This document shows positions 1-11,623 of a DNA stretch of 63,971 nucleotides, piece after piece. Position numbers and translations under genes: made by a program. This DNA comes from Azolla caroliniana (Eukaryota > Plantae > Polypodiophyta). Under the pieces are notes generated by a model. The model was not told where the DNA came from, did no database searches, and saw nothing but the letters and a program-made list of their open reading frames with translations. The stretch is taken from the NCBI GenBank assembly GCA_043228905.1, contig JBHGNT010000008.1:8556030-8620000 (forward strand), written 5' to 3'. Numbering within the stretch: position 1 is the first letter of the stretch; each line of letters begins with the position of its first letter.

Positions 1-606
1 AAGCAGCATCTTCGGATCGGAGGCCGGTTCTTTATCTCTCCGACGCGCTTCTTCGTTCAGAATGCTTGTTTTTACCGTTTGTAGGGACAAGTTATCTTCG
101 GTGCAGGAGGTGCTGAGAGTCACCACCAAGTTCTCCCAGCTTTCCGGCAATGTACACATCAGGATGATGGCTTGCATTGCATCCTCCAACGGGAACTTGA
201 TCGCCGCAAGCTGGTTCACGAATCCCATGAACGTGCTTACGTGTTCCACCATACTCTCGCCGTCCCGGTACTTGAGGTTCACTATCTTCCTCATCAGGGA
301 GGTCCGGTTTAACGCATTCTTCCTCTCGTAGAGGCCCGACAGCTTCCGCCACATCTCATATGCGTTGGTGTCGTTCGCCACGTGTTGTAGAACGCTCACG
401 TCGACGTATTGCCGAATGGTTGCAACGGCTTTCCGGTTCAGAAGCCTCCATTCCGTCTCAAGTACCCCCTTGGGTATTTCCGACCTGTCGATCGGTTCAT
501 ACAGGTCCCGAACAATGAGCAGATCCTCCATCTTTATCTTCCAGTCGGCGTAGTTCTGCGCATTCAGCACCATCATCCCCGGCTGCCCGCTGCTGCCGCC
601 TTCCAT
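1..606 (-). CDS. gag: Gag N-terminus of Ty1/copia element A1 (open frame, runs off the window start)
   Basis: Minus frame from ATG at 606 reads MEGGSSGQPGMMVLNAQNYADWKIKMEDLLIVRDLY...CTLPESWENLVVTL... with no stop to position 1; copia gag motifs; lies just downstream of the PBS. Confidence 0.9.
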   Translation of the reverse strand, partial: MEGGSSGQPGMMVLNAQNYADWKIKMEDLLIVRDLYEPIDRSEIPKGVLETEWRLLNRKAVATIRQYVDVSVLQHVANDTNAYEMWRKLSGLYERKNALNRTSLMRKIVNLKYRDGESMVEHVSTFMGFVNQLAAIKFPLEDAMQAIILMCTLPESWENLVVTLSTSCTEDNLSLQTVKTSILNEEARRRDKEPASDPKMLL

Positions 607-622
607 TTTCTGTGTTACCGTC

Positions 623-634
623 GCTCTGATACCA
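623..634 (-). promoter_or_regulatory. PBS (tRNA-iMet) of A1
   Basis: Reverse complement TGGTATCAGAGC, 3 nt from the LTR end. Confidence 0.92.
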
Positions 635-637
635 CTT

Positions 638-899
638 TGTTGAACACAGCGCTCGGCCACCACCGAGGAACAGGATCAACTCACAGAAAACGAAGTACAA
701 AATCCACAAAGACAGTAGAGAGAAAAGTACACAGGATGTTTTACGTGGAAAACCCTAAATGGGAAAAAACCACGGGAGTCATCAAACTCCAACTATCACT
801 ATAAACAGAGATGTACAATGGTGAAGCTACAAAGCAACAACTTTGAGCTCACTGTCTTCGCCACAGGCGGCGGTAATACACAGAGGCAACGACCTCTTC

Positions 900-937
<38 letters not shown>

Positions 938-1451
938 TTCTCGGCTGCTCACTTAGCTCCCTCTAAGTGGAAAACAGAAAGATGAGCAACAACATCAAAA
1001 CTGTTTGCCCTAAGTCATATTTATACACATATGACTTTCGGGCTGTTTACAAATATAGCCTCAAGGGCCCTTGGCAAACATATTCACAAATATGTCCCCG
1101 CATCCGGATCTCTCTCCGGGTACATTCGTCATCCGGCTCCGTAGCCGGGGTCTTCATCATCCGGCTCCACAACCGGGGTCTTCATCATCCGGATCCGGAA
1201 CCGGGGTCTTCATCATCCGGATCCACAGCCGGGGTCTTCATCATCCGGATCCAGGAACCGGGGTCTTCATCAAATCCGGATCCGGAACCGGGGTCTTCAT
1301 GATCCGGATCCGGAACCGGGGTCTTCATCATCCGGATCCGGAACCGGGGTCTTCATCATCCGGCTCCGATACCGGGTACTCCTCATTCGGGTCTTCATTC
1401 CCGATTCCCGGACATCCGACCATCCCATCCGGAGGGACCGTAATCCCAACA
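638..1451 (-). repeat. 5' LTR of copia A1 (814 bp)
   Basis: TGTTG...CAACA ends; adjacent PBS; near-identical inverted copy at 1701-2367. Confidence 0.92.
1145..1371. repeat. About 8 x 28-bp tandem repeat (CCGGGGTCTTCATCATCCGGATCCGGAA) in the A1 LTR
   Basis: Read directly; only 3 units in the A2 LTR. Confidence 0.9.
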
Positions 1452-2069
1452 ACTGCGACTGTCAGAGTGCCATCCACCTTGCGAAGAACGCGGCCTATCA
1501 CTCCCGGACGAAGCACATCCAGCGAAGATATCACTGGATCCGGGAAAGGATAGAAGACCAGGAGTTCGTGCTGACGAAGATCCACACGGACGAGAACGGG
1601 TCAGATATGCTGACCAAAGTGCTCACACCCGACAAGCTGGAAGCGTGCCGGGAGAGGGTCGGACTGGAAAGACATCCCATGCCGAAGTGAAGGGGGAGTT
1701 TGTTGGGATTACAGTCCCTCCGGATGGGATGGTCGGATGTCCGGGAATCGGGAATGAAGACCCGAATGAGGAGTACCCGGTATCGGAGCCGGATGATGAA
1801 GACCCGGTTCCGGATCCGGATGATGAAGACCCCGGTTCCGGCTCCGGATGATGAAGACCCCGGCTGTGGAGCCGGATGACGAATGTACCCGGAGAGAGAT
1901 CCGGATGCGGGGACATATTTGTGAATATGTTTGCCAAGGGCCCTTGAGGCTATATTTGTAAACAGCCCGAAAGTCATATGTGTATAAATATGACTTAGGG
2001 CAAACAGTTTGATGTTGTTGCTCATCTTTCTGTTTTCCACTTAGAGGGAGCTAAGTGAGCAGCCGAGAA

Positions 2070-2105
<36 letters not shown>

Positions 2106-2367
2106 GAAGAGGTCGTTGCCTCTGTGTATTACCGCCGCCTGTGGCGAAGACAGTGAGCTCAAGGTTGTTGCTTTGTAGCTTCACCATTGTACATCTCTGT
2201 TTATAGTGATAGTTGGAGTTTGAGGACTCCCGTGGTTTTTTCCCATTTAGGGTTTTCCACGTAAAACATCCTGTGTACTTTTCTCTCTACTGTCTTCGTG
2301 GATTTTGTACTTCGTTTTCTGCGAGTTGATCCTATTCCTCGGTGGTGGCCGAGCACTGTGTTCAACA
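1452..2367 (+). mobile_element. 3' end of copia A2: RNase H end (to 1690), PPT 1689-1698, 3' LTR 1701-2367; interrupted by same-family A1
   Basis: Translates CDCQSAIHLAKNAAYHSRTKHIQRRYHWIRE...DMLTK; PPT GAAGGGGGAG; LTR TGTTGG..TTCAACA followed by AGAGG (probable TSD half). Confidence 0.9.
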
Positions 2368-3084
2368 AGAGGTGCAAGGTTCAAACCTTGCTTGCACCCC
2401 TCTGTATGAACTCAAGTGCCACTAGCCTTAGGCTTATTTGCTAAGTGCATGTGCAATGTTGCCCCATCCTTGGTTTATTCGTCTCACTCGTTTTCACACC
2501 GTAGCCAAAAATCGTCATGACATCCACCCCCACCAAATCCGCACATCCTCTGGTATGTGTCGAGAAAGGTGAAGAGATGAGATTTTTGGCAAGGGTGATC
2601 AACCGAGTTCCTCTGCACGCTCGTCTTACTTTGTCTTACACTTCGAGTATGCCCAATCTTTCCAACCGAACCACTGTAGCCACCCGATCCACCATATCCG
2701 GCGCTCACACCTTCTTCTCCGGTTGGTTGTAGTAGATCTACCGAATGATGTCGTCGATCCGACCACTCTTCCTTCGTCCACCGCGTGTGTCCTTCGATTG
2801 GACTCTTGGCCACTCCTCACGCTTACCATCTTCAACTGGGTGTTGTGGATCGTTTGTGTCGATCTCCGATTAGGCCGGGTTTGCCCTTGTCCGGATCGGT
2901 CTCCGCCGATCGCTTCTTGGCCCGGTTGGCCTTCGTCTGCATTCGCATTTCGCCGAGTCGGGCTCGACCATTTGATTCCAGACGGGTGGGCCCCCTTTTG
3001 GATCAGGATCGTTTGATCGATTTCCGTCAAATCAGGTTTCGGCCGTGTCGGCCCCGGTCGATCAGCTCCCATGTGGATCTTCCT

Positions 3085-3749
3085 TCATTCGGGCCGGAAT
3101 CCCGGCCGGATCGTCTTCCGATTCGACCGGTTCTCGTCTCTTCCTTCCTTCCCGCAAGCCGCCTCTCCATCGAACTTAACCGCGGCTTCATCCTTGGCCT
3201 CCTCATCGGCCACATCCTTCCCTCTGTGTATGCTCGCCTCGAGCCATATTGTCTCCTCTCCGCCACCTCCTTTATCTTCGGTCTTATGTTGACACACGGT
3301 CTCGACTGCCGAAGTCTCCGGAACCGGTGTGAAGGAATCCCTTCGTTCATGCACATTTATCTTATCTTCCTCATCGCCCTTCCGCTCCTCCACTTTTCCG
3401 TTGACACATTCCGTCTCTCCGGTCTCACGTTGGTGCACGTGCACAAACGCCGAAGTCTCTAGAATAGGTGTGGGGATATCCTTTCATCCTCGATCTTCTT
3501 CCTCCTTGTGTTGGGCCTTCGTCTTCCTGTCACCACCTTCCGTCTCTCCGGTCTCACGTTGGCACACGGGCGCAACCACCGAAGTCTCTAGAACAAGTGT
3601 GGAGAAAGTCTCAACATGGCTATCTGTTGTCGACTCGTCCATAGCCACCTCCAACTCGATGTCGTTTGTCATGGCTACCTCCTCAATCACATCGGACTCA
3701 AACACTTTATCTCCCTCGATCATGCAAGCTTTTCTCATGCTTGCACCTT
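3085..3749 (-). pseudogene. Acidic low-complexity C-terminal continuation of the element I gag frame, with ~130-bp internal repeats
   Basis: Removing B1 and one CATCA rejoins MYNTLGD-EGASMRKACMIEG in frame; repeated ETS..V.QRETGETE units near 3411 and 3540. Confidence 0.6.
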
Positions 3750-3754
3750 CATCA

Positions 3755-6700
3755 TGTTAGGAAACAGGTCCCTCCGGATGGGAAGTGAGAAGAACAGTAC
3801 TGATGAGCAAACTCGGCCGAGGCCGAAACCGGATGTGGAGTACTCGGCATGACCCAGATGGTGCAAACCCGGTGAGAACCGGATGAAGAGTACCCGGCTA
3901 CGGAAGACCCGGTGAGAACCGGATGACGAGTACCCGGCAACGGAAGACCCGGTGAGAACCAGATGATGAGTACCCGGCAAGCGCCGGATGATGCAGGCGA
4001 GGTGAGGAGTGCTCACCGGATGAAGGGACATATTCGTAAATATGTTTCTGAGAGTCCATCGGGGCTATATATGTAAATAGCTGAAAAGTCATATTAGTAT
4101 AAATATGACTTAGGGCAAACATTTCTAATGTTGTTGTTGTCATTCTTGTTGTTGTAAGAATATAGCGTAGCTGTGTACAGAGAGAGAGAGAGAGAAAGAG
4201 AAAGAGACAAAGAGTTCGTATCTCTGTTGTAACCGCCGCCTGTGGCGAAGATCGTGAGCACGAGGTCATTGCCTCCGTGAGCTCATTGTTGTAATCATTG
4301 TGATATAGTGATAGTTTGCAGTCTGTGGGCTGCCGTGGTTTCTTTCCCTAGTTTGGGTTTTCCACGTTAACATCCTGTATTCTCTTTTCTTTCCTGTGTA
4401 CTCTTCTCTCCTTTGTGTCGTGCATCCATTCCTCATTTTTCTGTGTATGTTTCTAAGCTCGGTTGTGGCCGAGCGTTGTGCACGGGGACCTTGTAGCTCT
4501 TGTCAAACTGGTATCACAGCAAAACAACATAGGAAATGGACGAATCGTTGGGAGGCATGTTCAAGCTCACCGGCTCCAACTATTCTGTGTGGAAGTCGAA
4601 GATGAGGGACATGCTCATAGTTAAAGATCTTTGGTTGCCGGTTCAGTTCGGGGACAAGAGACCGGACAAAATCGACGCCATGGTATGGGAGGTGATGCAC
4701 ATGAAGACAACGGCGTACATACGGTGCTTAATCGACATGAGCCTATACAACAACTTCAATGAAGAGAGCAAGGCTCATGAGCTCTGGGAGAAGATCGGCA
4801 TTATGTTTCAGAACAAAAATGTTGTTAACCAGGTTTCGGTATTCCGGAAGCTAGTAAGACTCTGATACCAAGATGGCTCCAGCATGGCGGAGCACATGAA
4901 TGCCTTCTAGGGGCTGATACACCAGTTAACATCATTGGAAGTACCTCTCGCTGATGAGGTACTAGCGTTGCTCCTGCTCGGTTCCCTCCCGGATAGCTGG
5001 GAGACGTTGGTTGTCACTCTGGGCAAGGCCGGGCCGGAAGGGAAACAGTTATCCCTAGCAAGAGTAAAGTCGAGCTTGCTAGATGAGGATGCGCGTCGGA
5101 AAGATAAGGATACGAGCTCCGACTCCAAAGCGCTCCTTACCGAATCGGAACGGGGCAGACAAAGGAACCATAGTCCCCAGAACCGGGAGAAGTCGGGGAC
5201 ACGGTCAAAGTCAAGGGGGAGGCCTACTTGCTTCTATTGCGGCAAGCTAGGACACTTCCAGAAGAACTTTCCGCATTTCCGGAAAGACAAGGAAACCGAC
5301 GGTACCGATTCGAAGCGGACACCGGACCGGAACGGTAAAGACCGGAGGGGAACGGACCGGAAGGGAACAACGGCAATCGCGGCAAGTGAAGAAGAGTTGA
5401 TGCTCATCACCGAGGAGAGTGAGCCAAACCTTGCCGGCGACGAGATGACCTGGGTAGTCGACTCCGGAGCGTCGTTCCACCTTACCCCGGACCGGAAATG
5501 CTTCTCATCCTACTCAGTCGGTGATCACGGCTGTGTCCGGCTAGGGAATGAAGGTACATGCTGAATTGTCGGCATAGGAGACGTGTGGCTGTCAACACCA
5601 ACCGGATGCAAGATGTTGTTGAAGGATGTCCGACACGTTCTGGAGGTTCGTCTGAACCTGATATCAGCCGGTCGGTTAGATGATGAAGGCTACACGGGTA
5701 GCATCCGGAACGGTGTTATGAAGTTCAGCAAAGGGAGGCTGATTGTGGCTCGGGCCCGGAAGGTAAACACGTTGTACCTGATGAATGCCCGGTTATGTTC
5801 GGAGGAAGTGAACGTGGCATCCGACACTACCAGTGAGCTGTGGCACAAAAGGCTATGTCACATGAGCGAGAAGGGAATGAAGAGGCCTGCAGACGACAAC
5901 CTCATTCCAGTGAAGAACGTGCACTTGGAGAAGTGCACTGATTGTCTGGCCGGTAAGCAAAACCGGACCTCCTTCCGAGCCAGGCCACCGATGAGACGTA
6001 ATGCACCACTGGAGTTGGTGCATACTGATGTATGTCAAGTGGACACGAAGTCACATGCCGGATCGCAGTACTTCGTGACGTTCATAGATGACCACAGCCA
6101 GAATTTGTGGGCCACACCATTGAAGACGAAGGATCAGGTGTTATCCGTCTTCAAAGAGCTCCACGCGAGAGTGGAAAGAGAAACCGGCCGGAAGCTGAAG
6201 GCAGTTCGAGCAGATAACGGAGGTGAATACCGGGGGCAATTCGATGAGTATTGTCGCTCGAAGGGAATCCGGCTCGAATTTACCGTGCCGAAGACTCCGA
6301 AACTAAACGGGCTGGCTGAGAGGATGAACCGGACCATAATGGAGAGGGTCCGGATTATGTTGGTGCATGCAAAACTACCCAAGAAGTTCTGGGCTGAGGC
6401 ACTGTCGACGGCGACATATGTGATAAACAAATCACCCTCAGTACGCTTGGACGGAGACACGCCGCAGAGAGTATGGACCGGTAAGGAAGTGTCCTACCGG
6501 CATCTGAAGGTATTCGGGTGTCTTGCGTACGTGCATATTGCTAAGGACCGGAGAGGAAAACTAGATCCGAAGACCCGGCCATGCATATTCCTCGGTTACG
6601 GCGACGATGAATTCGGCTATCGAGTGTGGGACCTGGTCGACAAGAAGGTATTCCGGAGTCGAGATATTATCTTCATGGAGGACAAGACGCTTGCCGACTG

Positions 6701-9300
6701 GGAGTCGGAGAAGAAGATAATGAACTCCAAGTCGATCGGTAAGGATCGATTCTACGATGAGCAGACCCAACCGGCAAGAGACCGGTTAGCACTCGAGGAA
6801 CCAACCGGTTACGGTGAGGATACCGAACCGGCAGAAGAAGAAGTAGAGGAAACTGAAACCGGAACCGGCCAAGACCCCGAATCGGATTCGGATGAAGAGC
6901 AAATGGAGGAGCCGGTTACCGAAGCCCAAAGACGGAGATATCCTCTCAGAGAGAGAAGGCCCCCCCCGGAGATTTCCGGATGCAGAGCATGTGCAGGTAA
7001 CCGATGAGGGAGAGCCGGAAAGCTTCGAAGAAGCGAAGGATGACACCCACAACCAAAAATGGTTAAGTGCCATGCAGGATGAGATGGATTCCTTGCATGA
7101 GAACCATACGTACGAATTGGTGGAGTTGCCGAAAGGAAAGCGGGCACTCCGAAACAAGTGGGTGTACAAGTTGAAACTGGGAGATGCCGGCAACCCCCCG
7201 AGATACAAAGCCAGGATCGTAGTGAAGGGGTTCCAGCAAAAGAAGGGCGTGGACTTCGACAAGATATTTGCCCTAGTAGTAAAGATGACCTCCATCCGGA
7301 CGATGCTCAGTATAGCGGCAAGCATGAACCTCGAGGTAGAGCAGCTAGACGTGAAGACGGCATTCCTTCACGGTGACCTCGAAGAGGAGATCTACATGCA
7401 GCAACCGGAAGGATTCGTGGAGAAAGGGAAAGAGCAATTGTTTTCCCGGTTGAAGAAGAGACTGTACGGACTGAAGCAGGCTCCCCGACAATGGTACTAG
7501 AAGTTCGACTCCTTCATGACCGATCAAGGGTACCACAAGACGCAGGCCGATCACTACGTGTTTGTGAAGAAGTTCGAAGGAGGCAACTTCCTGATACTCC
7601 TTCTGTACATAGACGACATGTTGATCGTCGAACGGGACCAAGCCAAAATACGGATGCTGAAGAAGGCTCTCAACCGGACCTTCTAAATAAAAGACTTGGG
7701 TCCGGCAAGACAGATGTTGGGGATGCATATTATCCGGAACCGGTCAGTGAACCAATTGTGGCTGTCACAGGAGAAGTACGTGACAAAGGTGCTTCAGCGG
7801 TTCAACATGTCAGATGCGAAACCGGTCGGATCGACACTCTCGGCAAACTGCAGATTATCCGGTAAGCAAAGCCCGAAGACGAAAGCAGAGAAGGCTGATA
7901 TGATGAAGGCTCCATATGCCTCTGCCGTCGGGAGCTTAATGTACGCAATGGTGTGTACCCGACCGGATATAGGTTACGCAGTCGGAGTGGTGAGCCAGTT
8001 CATGAGCAATCCTGGCAAGGAGCACTAGAACGCGGTCAAATGGATACTCCAGTACTTGAAGGGCACTTCGAATATGTGTCTCAGATTCGGCTCCGGAAAA
8101 CCTCAGCTTGACGGTTTTACCGATTCGGACATGTCGGTTGATGTGGATACCAGACGGTCTACATCCGGGTATGTAATGACATATGCAGGGGGAGTTGTTT
8201 CGTTGCAATCGAAGCTGCAGAAGACGGTTGCATTGTCAACCACGGAGGCAGAGTACATGGCAGTTGTGGAAGCCGGCAAGGAAATATTATGGATGAAGGA
8301 CTTCATCGGAGAGCTCGGTATCCGGCAAGATGAATATCGGCTCTATTGCGATAGTCAAAGTGCCATCCACCTTGCTAAGAATGCGGCCTACAATTCCCAG
8401 ACGAAGCATATCCAGCGAAGGTATCACTGGATCCGGGAAAGAGTAGACGACCAGGAGTTCGCGCTGACGAAGATCCACACAGTCGAGAACGGGTCAGATA
8501 TGCTGACCAAAGTACTAATACCCGACAAGCTGGATGCATGCCGGAAGTGAGTCGGACTTGTAAGACATCCCATGCCGGAGTGAAGGGGGAGTTTGTTAGG
8601 AAACAGGTCCCTCCGGATGGGAAGTGAGAAGAACAGTACTGATGAGCAAACTCGGCTGAGGTCGAAACCGTATGTGGAGTACCCGGCATGAGCCGGATGG
8701 TGCAGACCCGATGAGAACCAGATGAAGAGTACCCGGCTACGGAAGACCCGGTGAGAACCGGATGACGAGTACCCGGCAAGCGCCAGCTGATGCAGGCCTG
8801 GTGAGGAGTGCTTACCGGATGAAAGGACATATTCGTAAATATGTTTCTGAGAGTCCATCGGGGCTATATGTGTAAATAGCTGAAAAGTCATATTAGTATA
8901 AATATGACTTCGGGCAAACATTTCTAATGTTTTTGTTGTCATTCTTGTTGTTGCAAGAATATAGCGCAGCTGTGTACAAAGAGAGAGAGAGAAAGAAAGA
9001 GACGAAGAGTTCGTATATCTGTTGTAACCGCCGCCTGTGGCGAAGATCGTGAGCACGAGGTCATTGCCTCCATGAGCTCACTGTTGTAATCATTGTGATA
9101 TAGTGATAGTTTGTAGTCTTTGGGCTACCGTGGTTTCTTTCCCTAGTTTGGGTTTTCCATGTTAACATCCTGTATTCTCTTTTCTTTCCTGTGTAATCTT
9201 CTCTCCTTTGTGTCGTGCATCCATTCCCCATTTTTCTGTGTATGTTTCTAAGCTCGGTTGTGGCCGAGTGTTGCGCACAGGGACTGTGTAGCTCTTGTCA
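3755..9300 (+). mobile_element. Full-length Ty1/copia B1: LTRs 3755-4505 and 8594-9300, PBS 4509-4520, perfect 5-bp TSD CATCA
   Basis: TG..CA LTR pair; PBS TGGTATCACAGC; PPT GAAGGGGGAG; TSD at 3750-3754 and 9301-9305. Confidence 0.96.
4536..8583 (+). pseudogene. B1 gag-pol (Gag-PR-INT-RT-RNase H) with several stops and a frameshift
   Basis: CFYCGKLGH knuckle; WVVDSGAS protease; LELVHTD/FIDD/NGLAER integrase; QLDVKTAFLHG and YIDD RT; TKHIQRRYH RNase H. Confidence 0.95.
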
Positions 9301-9305
9301 CATCA

Positions 9306-10936
9306 CCCAATGTATTGTACATAATGCGTGTTCCGAAACATTTATCCTCCCTCGAAGTGGCATTCGTCGTCCTCGAATCATCGGCCTCCTCCTTGGCCGT
9401 TGTTTCTTCGTAAGACAAGAAGATGACTTGTTTCGCACCTTCTCTCTCTGTACCGTCATACCGAACCTGGGCCTTTGTATAGGCTACTTCATTAACCCGC
9501 ATTTGTTGGGAGGTCTCTTCTTCCTCGATCACCATTCACCTCGGTTTTGTCTCCCTTTTAAGCTTCATTTCTTTTGTTGGTGGCGCGTTGCTGCATCTCG
9601 TCCCTCTTCGATCATCCCTCATGGGCCGTCTTGTTGTCACCGATATTCTCGCTCACCCCTTATCGTGTAGTCATCATACACTTTCCACTTTGCTCCAATC
9701 CTCGAGGAGGCCATTTGCACCGGATGTCGTGAAGATTTTTGTCCACAAGTAGAAACCCGAGCAACGAGAGCCAAAGAGCGATGTGCAACGTTGCACACGT
9801 ACATAATGTATTTGTAATAATAATAGGGGAAAAGGGTATGGTGCTAGAAATGCCCCATAAGATCCCTAAGGTATAAAGGCGATGTGGTCTTGTGCGCATA
9901 TCCACGCGCGAGAGAGAGAGAGGTACTATGCGGTACATAGGTACCTAGTTGTTTGTGAGGAGGTGGGAGTTAAGGGGGCCATCAATCTCACCCTCCCCCA
10001 AATCAAGGCAAATATCCCCTTTGAATGAAAGAGGATATTTTAGTCTCGTTCTTGTAAACGGTCTTCCCTCCTTGTGCTATAAAAGGAGAGGGAAGGCACC
10101 ATTGTGAGGGTTGCCTATTTTGAGTGTGCGAGGTATACCACATAGGTCGAGTGTTAGGGTTTCTTTGTCTTTTCTTCATCTTCATCAATTAGGGTTTCGA
10201 GTAGTCGTTTGGTGCGGCCTACGCGGCCACCATTTTGTAATCGTTCATTTCGTTTTCATACATCTTGTTGATCATCTTGTCTCCATCTTCCTCTTGTTCG
10301 ATCTAATCTCTTGTTCATTCTTCTTCTTCTTGAGCAAAGCTTCCATTCCATGTCCGATTCCTTCTCCTCTACTCCTTAGTCCAAGACCCCCGTGGTCCCG
10401 CCCTTCGCCACGCACGCGCGTAGCAACGCGACACCGTCATCTTCTTCGAGTTTGAGGCGGATGGACATCCTTTCCATTCGATCGATTGACTTCACGAACA
10501 TAAGGACCTTATTGGTCCCCACCAATCTTTGTTCCCGATCTGAGAGTTGAGAAAAATGACGCTCGAAGTCTACGAATTCTTGTGTCGCGCCTTGGTGGGT
10601 CTTCGTTGATGTCACCCATTGGTCGAAGTTGCGTCGATCTCGTCCCTTCAGTCTCTCAGAGCCATATTCCTCCAATAGAGCCTTCTTGAAAGTCACCCAC
10701 GAATCATGAGCTTCTAGAAGCTCTTTTACATCTTTGAAGATCGGTTGAGACACCACCTGACAAAAGTACTCCAGCCTCATAGCTTCGTCCACACCTCTTG
10801 AATCCATCTCCCCATTGTAGACTTTTAGAAAAGTTTGGACTTCGGCGCCGTTGAAATAGCTCACTCGCTTGACTACCCTCTCGACGGCTTGTTGGGCTTC
10901 ATTTCGTCTTTTCCCTTCTCTCAAAAACTCCATCAT
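9306..10936 (-). pseudogene. gag: Gag of gypsy element I, split by the solo LTR
   Basis: ORF 10376-10936 (YFNG.EV..FL..Y..EM; KVLMFVKSID) matches F gag (WFGG.D....L..Y..EM; RVLLFVKSVD); frame rejoins as LEEDDG-ANGLLEDWSKV across the solo LTR. Confidence 0.8.
9725..10433 (+). repeat. Solo LTR of the F/I gypsy lineage
   Basis: TGTCGTG...CGCGACA ends; TATAAAA near 10078; 3' end (GTCCAAG.CCCCGTGGTCCCGCC..CACGCACGC) matches the F LTR end; TSD imperfect (CCG shared). Confidence 0.82.
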
Positions 10937-10981
10937 CCTTTTTTACATTGCCTCCATGAGATATTCGCCATCCATCTTCAT

Positions 10982-10999
10982 TTCACGTCGGGTTCACCA
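10982..10999 (-). promoter_or_regulatory. PBS complementary to tRNA-Trp (18 nt)
   Basis: TGGTGAACCCGACGTGAA complements the plant tRNA-Trp 3' end as I recall it (TTCACGTCGGGTTCACCA). Confidence 0.85.
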
Positions 11000-11004
11000 A
11001 ATGA

Positions 11005-11623
11005 TGTCGTGAAGATTCGCATGTGCATGTGCTACTCGAGCGACCACTGGGGTCTTGGACTAGGGAGGACGTTCGCAGAATTATTGAAGAGATGACGATC
11101 AATGGAAGATTGGATGTAATTTGTTCACTTGAGAAGAAGAAAGATTGTACACTTGAGAAGTAGAAAAATATGAAGAAGATTAAGACGAATATAATTATAT
11201 TGATGATAGTGGTGTTGGTGATAATCATATATTGACCCCCCTCTTTACACAAGCTCCACTAGGGTTTTTATAGCTCTCTTCATGCACAAAACCATGGGTT
11301 TAGAACCATGGTTTTGGGGACACGGTTTTGCTTATGACATGCACAATCCATGGGTTTAGAACCATGGTTTTGTGCACATGGTTTTCTATGGTTGTTTTGT
11401 CTATAATTCGTATATGAAAAGGAAATACATAAAAGCAACACTATATGATAGTTGTCCTAGTGGTAAGGCAAACATCTTATATCTTAGAGGTGCAAGGTTC
11501 AAACCTTGCTTGCACCCCTCTGTATGAACTCAACTGCCACTAGGCCTTAGGCTTATTTGCTAAGTGCATGTGTAATGTTGCACATCCTTGGTTTATTTGT
11601 CTCAGTCGGTTTCAGACCGTAGC
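11005..11623 (-). repeat. 5' LTR of element I (outer ~17 nt missing)
   Basis: Ends ...CACGACA before the PBS; minus-strand TATAAAA near 11270; duplicated palindromic CCATGG units 11284-11390. Confidence 0.8.
11451..11509 (+). promoter_or_regulatory. tRNA-like Pol III A-box/B-box pair inside the LTR of I
   Basis: TGTCCTAGTGGTAAGG at 11453 and GGTTCAAACC at 11496 within hairpin GCAAGG-TTCAAA-CCTTGC; 43-nt spacing as in tRNA genes. Confidence 0.55.

Larger units (their letters stand above)
2368..11623 (-). mobile_element. Ty3/gypsy element I, non-autonomous (gag only, no pol), tRNA-Trp primed; interrupted by A2, B1 and a solo LTR
   Basis: 2368-2505 matches 11486-11623 (two LTR copies); PPT TGGGGGTGGA at ~2523-2532 on minus; PBS at 10982-10999; gag homologous to element F gag. 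Confidence 0.8.

Noticed and set aside
1145-1371. CRISPR-like array
   Set aside because: No unique spacers, no cas genes, eukaryotic LTR context.
1071-1937. Ser/Gly/Pro-rich ORFs
   Set aside because: Translation artefacts of the 28-bp LTR repeats.
11440-11520. Functional tRNA gene
   Set aside because: No convincing acceptor or anticodon stem; only the A/B boxes and T-arm are visible.
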